This document shows, piece after piece, positions 1 to 11,910 of a DNA stretch of 64,000 bases (positions are counted from its first letter, which is position 1; each line of letters starts with the position of its first letter). The notes beneath the pieces are model-generated. The model saw nothing but the letters and a program-made list of their open reading frames with translations, searched no databases and was not told where the DNA came from. The stretch is from Squalus acanthias (taxonomy: Eukaryota). The position numbers were made by a program, and so were the translations under genes. The DNA is taken from the NCBI GenBank assembly GCA_030390025.1, contig JASTWF010000327.1:62001-126000 (forward strand). The letters are read 5' to 3'.

Positions 1-1720
1 CCTTATTAAAGGTCAGATGGGGAGGACCGCCTAAACCGACACCGGCTCAACCCACTACCTCAACTCCCAACACACAGAAAGAAGGAACAAGCGAACCAAC
101 CATGTTACAATGCCCGGTTATGACACCTGGGCCCATGAATGGACCAGTATTATTTACCGAGGGAGAACAATTGTATGATAACGTGAGACATGAAATTGTA
201 CCAGTACTAATAAACTTAACCATGTTACAATGGCCAGGATGTTGTGAAAGGTTCACTAAAACTAGAGAATTGTATGTATATATGATAAAGAATGTCATTA
301 ACCAAGCTGCTGATGCGACAGGGCCACTAGTTTCAGGGGACATGCTGCATTCCACCAAAGGATTAAGAGGAGCTTAGGAACCAATGTACTCACGGGGATA
401 AATACGGGGACATCGCTCATTAATGCCCTCGATATACAAGGAGTTCAGAGTCGTGTGGAATGACTACAAAGGGCAATACAACAGATTTTAGAGAAGGAAA
501 CGGGTTTAGTTCAATAAGGGTCGGAGTTGGGAGAAGATATGATAAGGAAATTACTCGAGGGAATTAAGGTTATAGAGGACCATGCTAGCATTGTTAACAA
601 ACTAAACCATAGAGATGAGGAACAGGCAAAAGACGGGGTAGGGAGAGGCTTGTGCCATGCCTATGGCCAATGGATCACCGGACAGTTAAAACACAATCTG
701 GCACAGATACAGCGAGGTGAGGTACTAGACTGGATTAACAGCACACAGCTCTATGGCATGAGCCAGAATCCAGGCCCTCTGAGTGCTTGTACCCTCAAAG
801 GGATGACCAGAGTATATCCAGTCATACAAAGATGTAAAGCAGAAGTGACAGCAATGATAGGCATGGTACTCCTGATACCGGTGGTGGGACTAGATACGGC
901 TCCATACCCGCAGTACCAGGTAACAAACACAGGCCTAGTGAGGGGTGAGACATACCTCCACTACTACCCAATTGATACCTATGCCATCATAAAGAATGGT
1001 ACTATGAGAGGAGTCTCCCTAAACGGATGCCATGGGAAAGGTATGCTTACGATATGCCCACATCCGGTAGGAGAAGGCCCTAAGGATGAGTGCAGCTATA
1101 ATAAGACAGAGGAGTGTGTGTTGGAATTATCACATGTTGATCACTATCACACCCGCTCGGGATATAGAGGCGAAGGGGAGTATTGTACAGCCACCACAGA
1201 GACTGAGTACCAATATAGTAACCTTGTATGTGCAATCACAATGCCTAACTTCTGCTTTACGCCAAAGATCCCTGTGACAATTGGATACACCAGATTGGTG
1301 TATGTACATTCAAGGGAGGAGATAAAACTAACTGTGCTAGATAATTTAAGAGATGAGTTGATCAATTATGAAGATCCGGTAGAGACCCCAATACCCCGCC
1401 TGCAAGAAGATCTGCAAGAAATGAAAGAGGATTTAAGTAGAATGGTGAAACAATACGTAGTGTTGCGAAGGAACCTTGGGGAACTAGAAAGGGACATAGA
1501 AGTAGAACTACAGGAAACCTCATGGTATGAGGAGCTGTGGGATTGGGGGATGAATGTCAACATACACCCATGGATCCGCATCATCTCTCACATACTAGTT
1601 ATAGTACAGTTGGTTTTGGCAATAGGATTGGGGATAGCAGCATGCGCTGCCTGTAAAAAACATAGAAAACAAAAGAGAAAGAGAGAAATGGAAGAAACGT
1701 ACATGACATTGATAAAGTAG
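1..1720 (+). pseudogene. env: Endogenous retrovirus-like envelope/fusion glycoprotein gene, degraded (frameshift near 350, stops at 461 and 515)
   Basis: In the frame of the 527-1720 ORF, 359-370 reads R-I-K-R (furin site), followed by SLGTNVLTGINTGTSLINALDIQGV (fusion-peptide-like) and a heptad. Then a Cys-rich ectodomain, a second heptad (LQEDLQEMKEDL..LGELERDI), a Trp-rich segment, a TM (IISHILVIVQLVLAIGLGIAAC) and a basic tail. An LTR remnant lies downstream. Confidence 0.8.
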
Positions 1721-1850
1721 TAATGCATGCTGTTCGGTGGTAATTGTTGCAGAAATCTCCTGGGCAGATTCCCAGCGAGCAGACGGAATATTACTACGAA
1801 TAAGAGAAAGCTTGGGAGAAAGACTTGCTTAACGGATGTATGGTACTAAC

Positions 1851-2904
1851 AGTCGATCGACAGTTCCGACGGGCCACAGCGAAAAACCGCATAGACCTCC
1901 TCAGAAGACGAACACGGGACACAACCAACAGAGTACCCTACGTCGTCCAGTACTTCCCCGGTGCGGAAAAACTACGCCATGTTCTTCGCAGCCTTCAACA
2001 TGTCATCGATGACGACGAACACCTTGCTAAGGCCATCCCCACGCCTCCACTACTCGCCTTCAAGCAGCCGCCTAACCTCAAAAGTACCATCGTTCGCAGC
2101 AGATTACCCATCTTTCAGGAGAACAGCAACCAAGACACCACACAACCCTGCCACGGCAACCTCTGCAAGACATGCCAAATCATGGACACAGATACCATCA
2201 TCACACGTGAGGACACTACCCACCAGGTACACGGTACATACTCATGTGACTCGGCCAACGTTGTCTACCTGATACGTTGCAGTAAAGGATGCTCCAGAGC
2301 ATGGTACATCGGGGAGACCATGCAGACACTGAGACAACGTATGAACGGACACCGCGCAACAATCGCCAGGCAGTCGGGGAACACTTCAGCAGCCAGGGGC
2401 ATTCAGCCTCGGATATGCGGGTAAGCGTTCTCCAAGGCGGCCTTCGAGATACACGACAGCGCAAAATCATAGAGCAGAAACTGATAGCCAAGTTCCGCAC
2501 TCATGAGGATGGCCTCAATCGCGATATCGGGTTCATGTCACGATACAGAACGTGACTTGACATCATGGCCGGTCTTCCCAGGTGTTTTTTTTTTAAAAAG
2601 ACTAACACAAGAACCTACACAGATTGACAGGATATGCAGCCAGCAGGTGGTTTGACACGTTGGACCCCCTGGGACACATCTCATTGTCTTGGCTGTGCTC
2701 TTTGATGTAGGAAAGATTTGAATATATTTTGTCTGTGTTTAAATTGTGAATTCTGGGAGATTCTCTCACTGCTAACTTACCTGACGAAGGAGCGAACTGT
2801 TCCGAAAGCTTGTAAAATCAAATAAATCTGTTGGACTATAACCTGGTGTTGTGCAACTTCTCATTTTTGTCCACCCCAGTCCAACGCCGGCATCTCCACA
2901 TCAT
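1851..2904 (+). mobile_element. Penelope-like element, 5'-truncated (GIY-YIG endonuclease end plus pseudo-LTR)
   Basis: ORF 1825-2424 has C..C.C and NVVYLIRC..WYIGET.....RMNGHR, the PLE GIY-YIG signature. The 3' tail matches copies at 4921-5295 and 7740-8235. Confidence 0.9.
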
Positions 2905-3037
2905 GACTTGTAATAAAGTTGATTTACTGAACGAACCTCCGGACTCCGAGTGATTGATTGGGAATAAGGCGGACGTCGACCCTTTATATCAGAGGGTCCG
3001 TCTCGGGGAGAAGAAGCTCTCCCGGGTTACCCTTACA
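2905..3037 (+). mobile_element. 3' portion (R/U5) of the 3' LTR of the env-bearing provirus
   Basis: Contains AATAAA and ends ...cccttaCA. Near-identical to the reverse complement of 4130-4262. Confidence 0.85.
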
Positions 3038-4108
3038 CTTGTCCATACTTCAAGACAAGTCTTCAAAGGGTTAAACAGCTTTTCGCTCTCTGTACAAAAG
3101 AGTGGGTGGAGCTAAAACAAAAATGGCAGACACTTTTTTAAAGACAGACTTTCAGACAAAAGAATTACTGTAACTTCTTAAACATTCACAGTCAGGTAAA
3201 CTTTCATCCTTTTAACACACAGTTTCACACAAACTGAGATACCAGCATTCCTTTTAAGATTCCTTTCACTCAGCAAATCTTATGTTTTATTTGTCTCGGC
3301 ACAGACATTAATAACTTCCATGTCGGTAAAACTTTAAATTTCTCTTTTTTTTTTCTTTTTACATCGACGTCTCAGCAGCTTTTCCTGGCTTTCCAAATCC
3401 CTGTTTTTTTCCCCTTCCTTTGCTGAGTTTTCAGATTGGTTATCCTGCAAATTAGATCTTTTTCCTTCTTTATCTCTCCCTCTCTCTCCTGCACTTTATG
3501 CTTAACCACATGGCTATGTTTCTCTCTGAACCCATTGTGGGTTTTTTTGAGACAGACTTCCCAGAATAAAGTTTATCACTTTTTAAAAGGGGACATTTAC
3601 CTTTCTTCTCGCAATACTTCTGTCCTGTTTCTACACAAACCACTATTGCCTCATCCTCCTTACTCCCTTTCTGTTGCATCCACCAATTGTTTTTCCATTT
3701 CGGTTTGTTTCCTGACTCATACCCTTTCTTAATCATCTTCCCCTTAACCTTTCCATATTTGTCTCGTACAAACTCGTACGGGAGTTTAGATCTTTTGGCG
3801 TTGTTTTTATTCGCCATTTTTGAGGTGGAGTTGCTAGTTCCTCCTCTTGTTACCTCCGGAACTCCCCCGGACCTCAGGGACTTTTCCCTGCTCACGCAGT
3901 TTTAACTCCGCCTTGACTGGACTTTCCCGTATCCAATCCTATATAACCCGAGCTCCTCAACTTATTCAGACATTTTCATTTTTACAATGTCCTAACACGC
4001 ACCTAAGTTGTTTTACTCACGTATCCGGACTCCGCCTCAGATTCGTTGGATCCCCGGCCTTGGGCTTTGATGCGAGGAGACAATGTCTCTACTCAGCCCG
4101 TCCGGTAG
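3038..4108 (-). mobile_element. Leader and degraded basic gag-like 5' region of a second, opposite-strand provirus
   Basis: Lies directly downstream of an LTR+PBS on the minus strand. Contains the Lys-rich ORF 3470-3895 (MANKNNAKRSKLPYEFVRDKYG...). No capsid or zinc-knuckle motif is visible. Confidence 0.5.
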
Positions 4109-4126
4109 ATCCTGCCGACTACGCCA
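4109..4126 (-). promoter_or_regulatory. Primer-binding site, tRNA-Ser
   Basis: Minus strand TGGCGTAGTCGGCAGGAT, 3 nt after the LTR end. Complementary to the vertebrate tRNA-Ser 3' end ATCCTGCCGACTACGCCA. Confidence 0.88.
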
Positions 4127-4129
4127 GAT

Positions 4130-4666
4130 TGTTAGGGTAAACCGAGAGAGCTTCTTCTCCCCGAGACGGACCCTCTGATATAAAGGGTCGACGTCCGCCT
4201 TATTCCCAATCAATCACTCGGAGTCCGGAGGTTCATTCAGTAAATCAACTTTATTACAAGTCGACAGGGGAGACATTCATCTGGGGATGAATGCTCTCCG
4301 ATCGTTAAAACTCCTCTACCTTATATACAGTTTCTGTTCTAAGTCGTGGCTATTGTCCCACAATTATTTACATTACATACAGTTGGTTTCAGGTGCATAT
4401 TCTTGTGGTCCGTGTGCACTTTAGTCTTGTAACTCCAAGGTTAAATTTAAGTAAATCAAATTAAACTGCTTTGAAAGATTTCACCATAGCAACCACGACT
4501 CCAAGGTTATTTCTAATATTTTACCCATTTAGTGATTGGTGGTGTGTAGTCTTGACCATGTTACACCATCCTTCCCCTTTTAAACTTGTTCATTAACCAC
4601 TCTTTATATGGTTGGATATATGCTTGGTTCCTTAATTTCCTCATTTTAGCTCTTTTAACCCTTTCA
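4130..4666 (-). mobile_element. 5' LTR (537 bp)
   Basis: Minus strand begins TGAAAGGGTTAA and ends CCCTAACA, with TATATAA near 4322 and AATAAA near 4250. Followed by the PBS. Same termini as the solo LTR at 36272-36811. Confidence 0.85.
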
Positions 4667-4667
4667 A

Positions 4668-5846
4668 GGGAGCTTTATTCTGTATCTAACCCGTGCTGTA
4701 TTTGCCCTGGGAGTGTTTGATGGGACATTGTATGGAGAGCTTTACTCTGTATCAAATGCACACTCTATCCTGGGAGTGTTTGACGGGAAAGTGTAGAGGG
4801 AGCTTTACTCTGTAGCTAACCCAAGCTGTACATACCCTGGGAGTATTTGATGGGACAGTGTAGAGGGAGCTTTACTCTGTATCTAACCCAAGCTGTACCT
4901 ACCCTGGGAGTATTTAATGGTCATGATGCGGAGATGCCGGTGTTGGACTGGGGTGGACAAAATTGAGAGGTCGCACAACACCAGGTTATAGTCCAACAGT
5001 TTTATTTGAAATCACAAGCTTTCGGAACTATCGCTCCTTCCTCAGGTGAAGTAAATTGGATACAGAATCGTCAGAGCATATATAGATGGAAAAAAAAGCA
5101 TGTGTACTTTACAATTGCAGACCAATAAATTTATTGGTCTGCAATTGTAAAGTACACATGCTTTTTTTTCCATCTATATATGCTCTGACGATTCTGTATC
5201 CAATTTACTTCACCTGAGGAAGGAGCGATAGTTCCGAAAGCTTGTGATTTCAAATAAAACTGTTGGACTATAACCTGGTGTTGTGCGACCTCTCAGTATT
5301 TAATGGGACAGTGTAGAGGGAGCTTTACTCTGTATCTAACCCAAACTGTACCTACCCTGGGAGTATTTGATGGGACAGTGTAGAGGGAGCTTTACTCTGT
5401 ATCTAACCCGTGCTGTACCTGCCCTGGGAGTGTTTGATGGGAAAGTGCAGAGGGAGCTTTACTCTGTATCTAACCCGTGCTGTACCTGCCCTGGGAGTGT
5501 TTGATGGGACAGTGTAGAGGGAGCTTTACTCTGTATCTAACCCGTGCTGTACCTGCCCTGGGAGTGTTTGATGGGACAGTGTAGAGGGAGCTTTACTCTA
5601 TCTAACTCGTGCTGTACTTGCCCTGGGAGTGTTTGATGGCACAGTGTAGAGGAAGCTTTACTCTGTACCTAACCCGTGCTGTACCTGCCCTGGGAGTGTT
5701 TGATGGGACAGTGTAGAGGGAGCTTTACTCTGTATCTAACCCGTGCTGTACCTGCCCTGGGAGTGTTTGACGGGAAAGTGTAGAGGGAGTTTTAATCTGC
5801 ATCTAACCCGTGCTGTACCTGCCCTGGGAGTGTTTGATGGGACAGT
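4668..5846 (+). repeat. 67-bp tandem repeat array
   Basis: Unit gggagctttactctgtatctaacccgtgctgtacctgccctgggagtgtttgatgggacagtgtaga, e.g. starting at 5519 and 5586. Interrupted at 4921-5295. Confidence 0.95.
4921..5295. mobile_element. Penelope pseudo-LTR foldback insertion with 12-bp TSD
   Basis: Palindrome 4964-5295 centred at 5129/5130. TSD agtatttaatgg at 4909-4920 and 5295-5306. Homologous to 2775-2904. Confidence 0.9.
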
Positions 5847-6399
5847 CCTCCTGTCTGATATAAACCAACCCACAGGCCCAGAAAGATTAAACTCAGCCCA
5901 TTGCTTGGATTGAACTTGTCTCTATTCCCGTGCTGAGGGGCTTGCTGTACCAGACGGGAGGGACAACATTTGGGGACTCTCGATTCTCCACCAATTCCCA
6001 TTCCCCTTCTTTCTGGTGGATAATGGAGGTGCCACTGTGTGTAATGTGCAAGTCATCAAGAATTGTCAGCAAGGATTAATCAGCACTTTCTAATTGTAGA
6101 TGTTAATCAGCAGAACCTTTCAGATACTGAATTGTAGATTTTGTAGCAAAGATTAATATAAGATTGAAGAAAAAGTTCATGATTTTATTGTAAATTAATT
6201 TCTGATGAGAGTTCCTGAATTAAGGGGAAAGATCACAGACAGCAGTTCGTGAATGGACACTGAAGCCCCGCGAACACAATCAACTATATATCCAGAATGG
6301 GGGTTTTTAACATCAGCAGAAACAAACCTCAACTGTCAGAATGAACATGCTTCAGTCCTGGATATGATTAACAGCAGCAATAACATCAAACCACTGCAG

Positions 6400-7074
6400 T
6401 CACATGTGAACTCGCTGGTGTCTCAGCAGGCTGGATAAATGAGTGAATCTCCTCTCACACACGGGGCAGTTGAACGGCCTCTCCCCAGTGTGAATTCGCT
6501 GGTGCATCAGCAAGGTGGATGAACGATTGAATCCCTTCCCACACACGGAGCAAGTGAATGGCCTCTCCCCAGTGTGAACTCGCTGATGTGTCCGAAGGTT
6601 GAATGAATTAATGAATCCTTTCTCACACACGGAGCAGGTGAATGGTCTTTCCCCAGTGTGAACTTGCTGATGTTTCAGCAGCTGGAATGAATTAGTGAAG
6701 CCTTTCTCACACACAGAGCAGGTGAATGGCCTCTCCCCAGTGTGAACTCGCTGGTGTATCAGCAGGCTGGATGAATTAGTGAATCCCTTCCCACATATGG
6801 AGCAGATGAACGGCCTTTCGCCAGTGTGAACTCGCTGGTTTGTCACAAGGTTGGATGAAGTAGTGAATCCTTTCTCACACACGGAGCAAGTGAACGGTCT
6901 CTCACCAGTATGAACACGCTGGTGTAACTGGAGGCTGGATCTCTGAGTGAATCCTTTCTCACACACTGAGCAGGTGAACGGCCTCTCCCCAGTGTGACTT
7001 CGTCGATGAGTTTCCAGCTTCGATGGGGAACTGAATCCCTTCCCACAGTTCCCACATTTCCACGGTTTCTCCAT
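6400..7074 (-). CDS. C2H2 zinc-finger protein, 8 fingers, no effector domain (ZNF-A)
   Basis: Intact 224-aa ORF (8 x 28 aa) with TGERP linkers and a Kozak accATGG start. Finger 3 has His>Asn. Confidence 0.85.
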   Translation of the reverse strand: MEKPWKCGNCGKGFSSPSKLETHRRSHTGERPFTCSVCEKGFTQRSSLQLHQRVHTGERPFTCSVCEKGFTTSSNLVTNQRVHTGERPFICSICGKGFTNSSSLLIHQRVHTGERPFTCSVCEKGFTNSFQLLKHQQVHTGERPFTCSVCEKGFINSFNLRTHQRVHTGERPFTCSVCGKGFNRSSTLLMHQRIHTGERPFNCPVCERRFTHLSSLLRHQRVHM

Positions 7075-7599
7075 GGTGCGGGTGTCCTTGTGTCTCTCCG
7101 GGTTGGACCATCAGTTGAAGCCTCATCCACACACAGAACACGTGTACAGTTTCTCCCCGCTGTGAATGGTGCAATGTGCTTTCAGGTTGTGTAACTGGTT
7201 AAAACATTTCTCCTTCCACATTCAATGCCCGATGATATTCGGGTCCTGATGAATGGAGTGACTCTGTCAGATCTTGATGTGATGTTTGGTTTGAGTTTCC
7301 CGTCTGCAAATCCTCCCCTTCTAATACCCTGTAAAAGGAGTTTACAAAAGTTATCACTGTGAGTACAAGATAGAAATTCAGAACAGGCAGTTATAGTTTC
7401 TGGAAAACATTCTTTCCTCTCCTGTTCCCCCAAAGCTGTAAATCCCCGTCCCACACACTCTCCCTCCTCCCTGTGCTGAAATCCAAACCCACTGCATCAT
7501 CTCCAACATTTCTTTCCTCCACTCCCAGTTTTCTCCCTCCCTCTACTCTGGTTGGGTTCAGTTCTACACCCGTTGTGTGCAGAGTGAGAATAAAATCAA

Positions 7600-8530
7600 T
7601 GAGTCAATGATTGTCTCTCCTGGTCACTGGGACCCTGAAGCCTCGCCCACTCTTTGTTCCTTTACAAAGATGGCCACGCATGCGCTCTGCTGACTCAAAT
7701 AGCGGGACAAACCCCACTGCGCTTAGCTTTACAAAGATGAGAAGTCGCACAACACCAGGTTATAGTCCAACAGATTTATTTAAAATTACAAGCTTTTGGA
7801 GCTGTCGCCTCTTCCTCAGGTAGAGTTACTGTGAGACAATTTACCAGAATTCACAGAATAGAAACACAGAGAAAATGCAGAGATTCAAATCTATCCCTAC
7901 ATCAAAGACATACTAAGAGCACAGCCAAGACAATGAGATGTGTCCCAGGGGGTCCAACGTGTCAAAACACCTGCTGGCTGCATATCCTCTCCATTTGGAT
8001 TTGTTTCTTGTGTTTGTTTTTTTAAAAAGCTGGAAAGACCTGCAACGATGTCAAGTCACTTTCTGTAACGTGACATGAACCCGATATCCCGATTGAGGCC
8101 ATCCTCATGAGTGCGGAACTTGGCTATCAGTTTCTGCTCGATGATTTTGCGTTGTCGTGCATCCCAAAGGCCGCCTTGGAGAACGCTAACACGCAGATCC
8201 GAGGCTGAATGCCCTTGACTGCTGAAGTGTTCCCCTTTACAAAGATGGCCGCAGTCAATCCGGGCCTGTTACCGGGAAAAAGCCCGGTAAGCGCAAACGC
8301 GGAACCTGTAGGTTCTTATTCCGGGCTTGCGGCCTACACCAGGTGCTTATGAGACCCACCCGCCGGATCCATTACCTCGGCCTCTGTCCGACGCCAGCTC
8401 TCGGCCAGCTCTGATCAAAGTCACACTGCGCATGCTCCAAACACTGTCCAGCACTGCGCCTGCGCTCTGGTCTCATGTAGTGTGAATAGGGCACATTCTC
8501 CCCTCGCGGGGCATGCTGGGTAATAGACCC
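7600..8530 (-). promoter_or_regulatory. Putative promoter/first exon P1 of ZNF-A
   Basis: CpG-rich, with YY1-like AAGATGGCC, NRF1-like TGCGCATG/TGCGCCTGCGC and a donor-like GAG|GTAATG near 8375 (minus). Paralogous to 39200-39660. Confidence 0.5.
7740..8235. mobile_element. Penelope 3' fragment with TSD
   Basis: Reverse complement of about 2380-2700 plus a pLTR piece. Flanked by ctttacaaagatg near 7727 and 8236; absent from the paralogous 39.3 kb site. Confidence 0.8.
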
Positions 8531-8679
8531 GCCATTGAAAGCCCCAAATATTGAATGGAGAATGATTTTCTGTGTACCGATTGAGATAAAATTAATAAAT
8601 AATTCATACAGAAACCCAAGTGCACGGGCACTCTGCCATCGTTCAGACTTGGATAACAGCAGAATCCAAGCCCTGCAGT

Positions 8680-9790
8680 CACATGTGAACTCACTGGTGT
8701 CTCAGCAGGTGAGGTGAATATCTTCCCACACACAGGATATTTAAACAGCCTCTCTCCAGTATGAAAGCGCTGATCGTGTATCAGCTGCTTTGAACTTTTA
8801 AAGCTTTACTCACAGTAAAAGTTCTCAATGTGGACTCTCTGGAGTGGGTGAGATGAGCGAGTGAATCTCTTATAAAAACAGAAAATGCTGGAAATATTCA
8901 GCAGGTCAGGAGAAATAAACAGAGTTAACGTTTCAGGTCGATGACCCTTCGTCAGAACTGAAACAAGCTGGAGATGGAACAGGTTTTTGAGGAAATGCAG
9001 GGGCAGGGAAAATGGGGAGGGGAGGAAAGAACAAAAGGGAAGGTCCGTGATAGGATGGAAGGCAGGAGAGATTAAGAGACATTAAGAGAGATTAAGAGAT
9101 GGTGCAAGGCAAAAGGAGATGGTAATGGGACAAGTAAAGAAACAAAAGATGGCTCTAGATGAAGTGTAAATGGCAGAATGAAAGACAGCTGCCATGTGGG
9201 AGAGAAAAAAAAAATAAATGGAAAAAAAAAGATAGAGGCAGAGGTTATGGTCTGAAATTGTTGAACTCTATGTTGAGTCCGGAAGGCTGTAAAGTGCCTC
9301 ATCAAAAGATGAGGTGCTGTTCCTCGAGCGTACGTTGAGCTTCATTGGAACAGTGTAAGAGGCCGAGGACGGTGAGGTCTGAGTGGGAGTGGAGTGGAGA
9401 ATTAAATTGACAGGCGACCGGAAGCTCGGGGTCACCCTTACGGACTGAACGGAGGTGCTCTGCAAAGCGGAACCTCTTTCCACACTCAGCTGATGAACGG
9501 CCTCTCTCCGGTGTGACTATCTATGCGTTTCCACCTCAGACGGGTGACTGAATCCATTTCCACCATCGCCACATTTACACTGTTGATTCAGGTGGGTGCA
9601 CGAGTCTCACAGGCTATACGATTGGTTGAAGGTGTGTTCACACACAGAACACGTGTCCTGTTTCTCCCCGCTGTGATTGGTGCTATTCCCTTCTATATCC
9701 AAAGGCGATTGATATTCAGATCCTGATGCAATGTTTGGTTTAAGTTTCCCATCTGCAAATCCTCCCCTTCTAATACCCTGCAAATGGTGT
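8680..9790 (-). pseudogene. Old degenerate ZNF cassette (psi-B), interrupted by a Penelope fragment
   Basis: Decayed finger, leader and tail sequences. Paralog at 39810-40520. Confidence 0.75.
8875..9470 (-). mobile_element. Penelope-like 3' fragment (second family) with minimal hammerhead motif
   Basis: Matches 22180-22690. Minus strand ctgacgaagggtcatcgacctgaaacgtta near 8925-8956. Confidence 0.8.
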
Positions 9791-10819
9791 TTACAAAAGT
9801 TGCTAATTTAAGTACAGGATAGAAATTCAGAACAGACAATTCTAGTTTATATAGAACATTCTGTCTCTTCCTGTTCCTCCTAAGCTGTAAACTCCCCATT
9901 CTCCACACTCTCCCTCCATCCTCACTGTCTAAAGTCAACATTCATTAAACCGTCTGGGATTTTGTTTTTCCCCCTTCTCTCCAGAAGGTGCTGAATCTGG
10001 CTGGGTGCAAGTCCACAGACATTAGTTAACCTCTGGTGCCTCACCTTCAGTTGACACAGTGAGTGTCAGCAGGGTTTCCACTGTGGTCGGCATCACAGCC
10101 GAGTCCAATCCTGCCCTCGATTGACATCCAAACACTGCCCAGCTGAGGTCACTGGATCGGCATCAAGAGCAGGGGCACCGGCTGATTTTTACTCTTGTTT
10201 AGCCCAGTGGTACTGAGGCCAATTATAGCCCCTGAGCTGCCTTGGCTGAGATCAACAAACAGCACAGATCAAGCATTGAACTTGGGACCTTCCCAGTCAG
10301 TCGTGCAGAGTGTTCTAAAATTTGGGCGGGTGGTGGTGGTGGGGGGGGGGGGGGGGGGGGGGGTGGGGGGCAGGGAGTGGGGTGGAGGGTTAGAGCAGAA
10401 TATTTTGAAACAAATGTTACTCCACCTTTAAATCAAATCTTCGTCACACTGAAAAATTCTGAAGTCGTTCAAAATTAAACAAGTATGTCAAATGGGTCTT
10501 CAAAAAGTAGTGAGACATTTTAGAAAGGCTCAAGTCACTAAAATAGACAGGTTTACAGTCACTGCACTGAGTACAGAAGGGAGCTATTGTTAATAGGAGC
10601 TCTGTTAGTGAAGTCCTCCGACACGCCAAGATAAATGGGTCTGTTCCTTTAACTATAAATATGCAGAGAAAAGGGGTCACCGTCCCTTTAAATATCTTCC
10701 CATTCCCCCAGGCAGTGGGAGGAGGAACAGTACGTATTCTCTTTATATCGTGACCCAGCGGGCCATGCGCAGGAACTCGCTCTATGAGGGGATGGGGCCT
10801 CTGGAACCTGCTCTATATT

Positions 10820-10995
10820 GGGACCACTTACAGTGAGACACCAAATCCAGGGACCACTTACACTGAGACACCAAATCTAGGACCACTTACACTGAGACAC
10901 CAAATCCAGGGATCAGTTACACTGAGACACCAAATCCAGGACCACTTACACTGAGACACCAAATCCAGGGACCACTTACAGTGTGACACCAAATG
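10820..10995 (+). repeat. 29-30 bp minisatellite (about 6 copies)
   Basis: Unit gggaccacttacactgagacaccaaatcca. Expanded paralog at 41480-41920. Confidence 0.9.
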
Positions 10996-11204
10996 AAAAA
11001 GGATGCGTCTAGTGACACTGGTGTCAATAGTTGTTTCTATCCCTAACCCCTTATTCTATCCCATAAGCATAACCACTAACCTGTAATCCTAACTACTAAC
11101 CCCTAGTTGTAACCCTCACCAATAACCCCATAACCATAACCACTAACCCCAAAGTGTAACATCTGTCCCAAACTCCAAGACCTCAATCACTAACCCTAAA
11201 TTTT

Positions 11205-11420
11205 TCATTGTCAATGGTCATTGTGATGCCACTGATGATGCAGGTTGGTCGTGTTGTCAATGGTCATTGTGATGTCACCGATGATGCAGGTCGGTCGTGT
11301 TGTCAATGGTCATTGTGATGTCACCACTGATGCAGGTCGGTCGCGTTGTCAATAGTCATTGTGATGTCACCGATGATGCTGGTCAGTCGTGTTGTTAATA
11401 GTCATTGTGATGTCACCATG
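11205..11420 (+). repeat. 46-bp minisatellite (about 4.5 copies), preceded by a degenerate CCCTAA-like tract (11040-11200)
   Basis: Unit gtcaatggtcattgtgatgtcaccgatgatgcaggtcggtcgtgtt. Confidence 0.85.
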
Positions 11421-11910
11421 CACCGTTGTTCTTCCTGACTCTAAACACAGTTGTAAAGGAGCCTTCTGTTCCGTGCCTAGGAGCTCTGAACCATGGAAGA
11501 GAGCGGCTGGGACACATTTCTTACATGCCTCAAGATTAACCCGCACGGGGACTTTGCTGTCAGTGAAGAGAGACGAGAAAGACCAAAGTGCATTTTGCCC
11601 CTCTCAGTGTGGCCCTGAAGGACTGTGTCCAGGCTGAAGTTCTGTTCCCGCCGTACGATCTTCCCCCAGATTGTCCTTTCTGAGCTCCAGCCAGGTGATG
11701 CTAAACACTCAGGTGGGAAAGACAAAAATCTACAACAATGTGTTTAAAACAAAGCTGATTTATTTGATATATATCAAGGATATTAATTTCCAGCCCAGTT
11801 TATAGGGGTTATTAACATCAGCAGAAACAAACCTCAACTGTCAGAATGAACATGGTTCAGTCCCTGATGTGATTAACAGCAGCAATAACAGCAGAATCCA
11901 ACCCCTGTAG

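Noticed and set aside
2905..4262. DNA transposon with 130-bp terminal inverted repeats
   Set aside because: The repeats are LTR R/U5 ends: they contain AATAAA and end in CA, and one is followed by a PBS and extends to a full LTR.
10326..10390. Functional G-quadruplex or poly-Gly ORF
   Set aside because: Simple poly-G expansion; much shorter in the paralog near 41040.
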